From assembly GCF_001194135.2 (NCBI RefSeq), contig NC_068983.1:122837435-122901434 (forward strand): a stretch of 64,000 nt of DNA, written 5' to 3'. Source of the DNA: Octopus bimaculoides. Taxonomy: Eukaryota. This document shows positions 1 to 64,000 of this stretch, piece by piece. The notes beneath the pieces are model-generated. The model made no database searches. It was not told the DNA's origin and saw only the letters and a list, made by a program, of their open reading frames with translations. Made by a program: the position numbers and the translations under genes. Positions within the stretch are counted from its first letter, which is position 1, and each line of letters begins with the position of its first letter.

Positions 1-36
<36 letters not shown>

Positions 37-430
37 TCACACATATTCATCTATACAGATATGCATATGTTTGTATATGTGCAGGTGTAGGTGTGTGATA
101 GGAGGATGTATATGTATATATATATATGTACATATTTATATGTATATACGTATATGTGGGAGTGTGAATGTATGCCTGTATATATATATGAATATTTATA
201 TGTCTAAATATATATATATATATATATGCATGTAGACACCTATGTGTATATGAGGATGAATTTGTGTGCATATATACATATATATACATGTGTATGTGTA
301 TATGTGTGTATGTATGAGTACGCACATGCACATATATGTTTGTATGTGCATGTACATATACATGTTTATGTGAGTGTGTACGTATGTAGATGTTATGAAT
401 GTAGGAGGTTTTATGTCTATGTATTATGAG
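1..430. repeat. Compound (TA)n/(TG)n microsatellite
   Basis: Direct reading; source of the Y/I/H/V-rich spurious ORFs. Confidence 0.95.
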
Positions 431-479
431 AATATAGTTGCGTGTATTTTTTATTGTTTCTTTTTTTCTACCTAGTAGA

Positions 480-600
480 GTAACTTCTCTTTTATTCAAT
501 GGTTTTTCATAGCATCTATTGCAATTAATAGCCGACAAGAATACATTGTAGCTCTTTGCTCCGACATTCGAAACTCTGAATACTATAATGACAACTCACT
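480..600 (+). mobile_element. Degenerate copy of the Penelope-like terminal repeat seen at 49320-49430
   Basis: Shares aatgg..ttttcatagca and cc(g/a)acat(t/c)cgaaactc with 49325-49430. Confidence 0.5.
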
Positions 601-1877
601 GTTTGTCTTAAATTATACACACACACATATACACACACATATATATATACATATATATATATAGATAGATAGTTAAATCCAAGGGAGACAACCACTCAAA
701 AGATGTCATCCAAGTATAGCATCCCTTGATTCATTGTTTTATTCACAAGAATCTCCATGAATTTTATGAGACTGTGTTTTCCAAGATGGAATGAACACCT
801 TTCCTCCATGTGATCTGCTTGAAAAGTTGTTAAAACACTAGGATATTTTCCAACTTTGAACATGAAACTAATGGTAGCCTTAATTCAAAAATAAAAAAAT
901 TCTATCCACCAATGTGGTGATGAGCACTCATTTTCNNNNNNNNNNNNNNNNNNNNNNNNNNNNNNNNNNNNNNNNNNNNNNNNNNNNNNNNNNNNNNNNN
1001 NNNNNNNNNNNNNNNNNNNNNNNNNNNNNNNNNNNNNNNNNNNNNNNNNNNNNNNTAACGACCGTGCGATCAGGAGAGGTGACGAGGAATGGTTCATTTA
1101 GTACATCGCACGGTCAATACAAATAAAATTATGAAAAGAGGATAAAAGAGTATGTGCCAGAAGGAAACGAGAGACACAATCGGTAGAAGGTTTAAGAGAA
1201 GATTTTATTGATATGTCAACATGTAAGTTTGTGTGTGTGAGTGCGACATATAAACATAATAATAGACAGACCGTCATGTAAGCAAAGTGTATGTGTATAC
1301 AAACATGGATGTATGCGTGTACGAGAAATACAGAGTCTATAATTAAGTTAGAAGAATGTCCAGACACAAGGATGATAAAATACCAGTTCGTATTCAAGGT
1401 ACACAGTGGTTGAGGTGCTGCAGCAAGAAGTTGAGGCCGCGTAGCAAAGCCGGGGAGAGGCACATGTCGTGTAAGAAGTTGTGGCTTCAATGCTGCTGCT
1501 GGTTACTTGGTACAGGAGTTCTCGCAGGTTATATTTGCTGTTATCCATGGTGAAGCATTTCGCAAACAGTGTGGAGATAGAACCTGTGAAAGCATTGCTG
1601 GTGGTGTGTACGTAGAGTAGTTGGTGTTGACGCTAAGAAGACGGAGGTGACGAAGATGGAGGCTGCTGTAAGCTGCTGGACGAAGTGTTGCTGGTCTCCA
1701 TGTGGCTGCTGTTGTGCTGGAACTGGCTGTGTGCTCTGTGGCCAGTGGCTAGACCTCAGAAGGTCTGGAGTGGAACTGACATATGGGACAGTGAAAAGCT
1801 GTCGGCTAAAACAGGGGTTTAGAAAAATCTGTCTCACGTAACCTTATCTGAAGGCTGTGATTGGTTGGGTTGCATCT

Positions 1878-2110
1878 CATTTCTTTATTGCCCACAAGGG
1901 GCTAAACATAGAGGGGAAAAACAAAGACAGAGAAAGGGATTAAGTTGATTACATCGACTCCAGTGCATAACTGGTACTTAATTTATTGACCACCGAAAGG
2001 ATGAAAGGCAAAGTCGACCTCGGTGGGATTTGAACTCAGAACGTAATGGGAGATGAAATATCGCTAAGCATTTCGCCCAGCGTGCTAACGTTTCTGCCAG
2101 TTCGCTGCCT
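1878..2110 (-). mobile_element. tRNA-derived SINE (family A) with 13-bp target-site duplication
   Basis: B-box-like GAGTTCAAATCC on the minus strand; TSD ttgggttgcatct at 1865-1877 and 2111-2123; further copies in the window. Confidence 0.88.
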
Positions 2111-2892
2111 TTGGGTTGCATCTTGGCGTGCAATAGATCAGGAGACAAAATGCGCCAATACCAACCAATCAGAGTGGTGGACACAACAGGGTCCAAAGGT
2201 GCCACCGAAGGCTAGCTGTTATCCACTACGTCCGTATTTATGTATATATAACAGAGAGAGAGAGAGAAGTACGCTACAATATATATATATATATATATAT
2301 ATATANNNNNNNNNNNNNNNNNNNNNNNNNNNNNNNNNNNNNNNNNNNNNNNNNNNNNNNNNNNNNNNNNNNNNNNNNNNNNNNNNNNNNNNNNNNNNNN
2401 NNNNNNNNNNNNNNNNNNNNNNNNNNNNNNNNNNNNNNNNNNNNNNTATATGTAAGGGGCTGTTTCAAAATGCAAGATGTAAAAATTCCTAATTGAAATT
2501 TATCTCTTAATTGGTGAATGAAAGCAAAATATCTTGTGGTAATTGTTCGTGACACTCAAAGAAAAAAGGAAAATAATTTAATTCAAGAAACTAGGAATTA
2601 AACTTTCAAAGCTTATTTACAATCCTAGAGAGAAGTCTGATCTTTGTTTGAAGACAAGAGATAACTATAGACATGTTTTGGTCTTGGATTTTATTAGTAT
2701 GACCTATTCTAACCAGGCCTGATCAAATAGTTAAGTTCACATAAAGGAAAAGAGTTACTGCATATATAGTCTGTTGTTTCAAATATGTCTTGTTCTTAAC
2801 GTGTTTGTCTATTACTACATGACTTTAGTGCTTATACTGTCACTGATCCCTCAGCTAGATAACACAACTTGACCAACTTCTTACAATTTCAG

Positions 2893-2962
2893 CAATCTAC
2901 TGGCTTCTGTTTAAGATTGTTCATGATGCTTCGTCTTGCATGTATATTGTATACCTAGCATG
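2893..2962 (+). CDS. Candidate S1 exon of the KCNT gene (xIYWLLFKIVHDASSCMYIVYLA-C)
   Basis: tttcag acceptor and TG|gtattt donor. The phase-2 end gives a TG|C Cys with the next exon. Weak in-register similarity to Slo2 S1 (LF, SC, YIV), but short and polar. Confidence 0.3.
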
Positions 2963-3450
2963 GTATTTCTCCTTCAGTCCATCAGGAATCCCAATGCAGC
3001 ATCACTGCATATGTCCCTACATCAGTTTTTGTATGTGTAGTGTGTGTATGTATATATGTACAATTTTTAGTAAGTATGTATAATTTCTATTATGTAAATA
3101 TGAAACTTCACAATATGTAGAATGGTAGTAGTAGTATGGGGGTATGTACTGCAACAGTAAATCACTGCATCCACCATTTGTTGGTGATTCTCTGCTCTTC
3201 GTGGATGACAGTTCTGCACCACTCGGGCTACAACTTTCCAATCCATGGGTCTGTTTGGGTAGTCATTGCAAGTCAGAGTTTTTTAAGGCTAGAATCAAAA
3301 TCTTACCAGGAGAGAAATAAAATCTGTGGTGCACTTGCATTTGCAGCATCACACAGAATACAAATACATTCACATGCCCACCTCTGTCTCATGTATTTAC
3401 ATGCAAATAATGCAATTCTTTTAATACCTTTGATTTGATTTTATTGTTTC

Positions 3451-3655
3451 AAGGTGGTGAACTGGCAGAGTTATTAGCATGCTGAACAAAATGCTAAGTG
3501 GTGTTTCATCTATCTCTATGTTCTGAGTTCAGATTCTGCTGGGGTTGACTTAGCCTTTCACCCTTTGGGGGTTAAGTACAGGGAGGGTCAATGTAATCAA
3601 CTACCCTTTCTCAACCCTCACAAAATTTCAAGCCATGTGCTTATAAAAGAAAGGA
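3451..3655 (+). mobile_element. tRNA-derived SINE (family A), diverged
   Basis: aaggtggtgaactggcag...gagttcagattc; homologous to 1878-2110. Confidence 0.8.
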
Positions 3656-3958
3656 ATATTTTATACTTTCAATTAGTTTACAAATGGTGGAATTAGTTGA
3701 AACTCTGACAAATACTTTTGGGGTATTTAGTTATATTCTGTACTTCCTTTAAATCTATATAGTATTTTAACTTTCAACCTTCTGGAGTCATTAAAACAAG
3801 TACTAGCAATATTTCATATTTAATTCACCATGCCCTTCCTGTAAACTTGTAAGTTTGTGCCAATGTTAGACATCGTTATTTTGTTGTGTTTCAATGTGAC
3901 ATAATTAGGCTTAATTCTATATTATCACTGACGTAAAGGATGTACCAATTATATTTCA

Positions 3959-5853
3959 CTAGCAGCTAAACCCGGTCTGTTTGGATGATGTGGCTGTGAT
4001 TGTTTTCGGTTAGGCATAATCTATAACAGCGTTTCTCAACCTGATCATTTCATGTCCTATTTCGATTGGAGCCTCCAGCTGTATGAAGATTTCACCCCCT
4101 CCTGTCAAAAAATGGCTTCAGGAGTTGGTGAAGGAAGAATTTGTACGTAGTCTGTTTGTGAGAGCTATTCTATTGGATATCTGTCTAATCATTAAAAGAT
4201 TTATTTAATAATGGACATAGAAAGAAATTATACATTAATTGCAATGCTTGTAAGCAGTTTTATTTCGTAAAAATTTTATTTGCAGAGAGCAGAAATTGAA
4301 AGATANNNNNNNNNNAGAAAGAGGGTAAGAAAGAGAGATAAAGTGAGTGAGTGAGTGAATTTGTGTGTCGTTGACTTACGTTGACTGGTACGGCAAGTAC
4401 GAAGCTTTTGAGGCGGCAGATGACTGGGGTGATTTGGAAGATGTGAAAAAATGCTGTTTTTTCAGTGGAGCGCTTCTTTGTAGGCAACGTTTCTCATTTT
4501 CCCTTCTGATGCACAAATATATAGACTTTGTGGCCTGCTAACATGGGAGCATCCAATGTAAAGTTGATTGTGGGAGAACACTTGCTCTGTAAGATTTAAA
4601 CCAACCATTTGCAATGATTGACCCTGTGCCTTATTTATTGTCATTGCAAAGGAGAGCTTAATAGGAAATTGAAGCCGCTTAAACTTGTAGATCGTATCGG
4701 AGGGAGTATGGAATATTGTATTATGTAGTTTGAATGAGAAACTGTAAGGTGTATGAGCAACTGGTGTTAATGGCAGAAGAAAGGGTAATTGCATGTGAGG
4801 TCATGGTAGAAAATTTTTACGATAGTTGATTTATGGAAAGGATTATGTTAAACGTTTGAAATGCAAATCTGTGAATGAAAAATAAGTTCAGACCTCTACA
4901 TTGTAGGTAGACCTGGTAGAAATAGCAGCCAAATCTCCCTCAAATCACCCTACTGTATTAATGCAAGAATTTTGTGTATTATGTTAAGAAGTTGATGTTA
5001 AGAATTGCTTTAACAGAAAATGAAGCTGTAAGAATTAACGGGGAAATTGTATGTAAGAATTAATAGCAGACGTATCCAATTTAAGAAAAGTAAAGAGAAA
5101 AGCTAAGTGAAGTATGGAATAAGTAATTGTTATAGAAAAACAATTTATATTATAGAAATTGATACATACCTGTTGAAGATTAAAATGTACGTAAGAGCCA
5201 TTGTTTTCAACGCATGTGTAATCATAGAGAAACTGAAAGACATGAAATGTCCGTTTGTGTGTGTGTGTATGTGTATGTATTTTTGGCAGGATTTTTGCAT
5301 TTAGCAGGAGTTGGTTTGTGTTTTATCTCTCGATCAATGGCCGGACAAGTGAAAAGGAAAGGCGATCTTTTGAAGTGGGCGTCGAACGAAGAGACATGAA
5401 CAGTTTTATGATTGAACTTCTTTTGAAGTTGTGGTGAGAGGGGAGAAGTGATGTGTGTGCGTATGTCTCTGTGTGAGTGTGTATGTTTGATGGGGCGTGC
5501 GCGACAGAGAGAGTAATGTTGATGGTGTTTGTGTATATGAGAGAGAGAAAGAAAGAAAAAGAGAGAGAGATAACTGAAATTTATCATTCAGTTTATTTAT
5601 TTATTATATATGTATATATGTATGAATGGCTTCAGTGATACACACTCACATACACACACGCACGCACGCAGGTTGTTTTAATCGATTTTCTCTGTAAGTA
5701 TGGGGGCTAGGAAAAAATAGAAAGCGTGTTTCAATCCATGCACCCGTCTCCACATGTGTGCCATTTTTCATGCGAATCCACCCAACCGTTTGGCCGTGAA
5801 CCTCAAGACAAGAAAGAATACAACGGTCGGCCAACTTCAATTTATATCATAGA
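3959..5853 (-). mobile_element. Non-autonomous Helitron with RepHel helicase C-terminal remnant
   Basis: The minus strand starts TC (5853) and ends CTAG (3959) in an A|T target. ORF 4462-4794 reads FKRLQFPIKLSFAMTINKAQGQSL...VFSH.QLYIGCSHV (Pif1-like Helitron helicase motifs V/VI). Confidence 0.85.
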
Positions 5854-5931
5854 TTACTGACCATTTTTGAAATGAAACTAAGAACTAAACAAATTGAAAT
5901 AAAAAATTATCAAAACTATTTTGTTTCATAG

Positions 5932-63916
<57,985 letters not shown>

Positions 63917-64000
63917 GTAAGTTTTGACTTTTCAATGATATTAGTATTGTAAGGATTGGTGTCTCTTCATGTGTCGTTTATATGGTTTTTATCTATATAA

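Noticed and set aside
47-538. ORFs rich in Y/I/H/T/V here and at 28898-29285, 48878-49262 and 52703-53156
   Set aside because: They are translations of (TA)n/(CA)n microsatellites.

Overview
AT-rich, microsatellite- and repeat-dense animal genomic DNA with about ten N-gaps. The SINE/LINE/Penelope repertoire and (TA)n/(CA)n load look like a coleoid cephalopod, probably Octopus (inference). One protein-coding gene spans almost the whole window on the + strand: a divergent Slo2/KCNT (Slack/Slick-type) K+ channel. I reconstructed 18 phase-compatible GT-AG exons from the S1-S2 loop (5932) through the TVGYGD pore and RCK1 to most of RCK2 (63916). The N- and C-termini lie outside the window or are uncertain, and one expected ~109-nt RCK1 exon is absent from the called sequence, probably in the 880-N gap. 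None of these exons is annotated as such in the ORF track, and most listed ORFs are microsatellite or gap artefacts. Introns hold a complete non-autonomous Helitron, Tc1/mariner, Tigger, hAT, several LINE and Penelope remnants and many tRNA-SINEs. The most unusual signals are: (i) a tRNA-headed element carrying a hammerhead-ribozyme-like core, folded back on itself (28030-28454), plus a second hammerhead-like motif in a Penelope 3' end (49360-49422); (ii) a stop-containing, frame-length cassette-exon candidate enclosed by an inverted repeat (52942-53335); (iii) a 2.2-kb nested foldback (34628-36865) and several other long intronic hairpins; (iv) gating-region substitutions in the channel. Comparisons with human KCNT1 numbering and exon sizes are from memory and need confirming by alignment.
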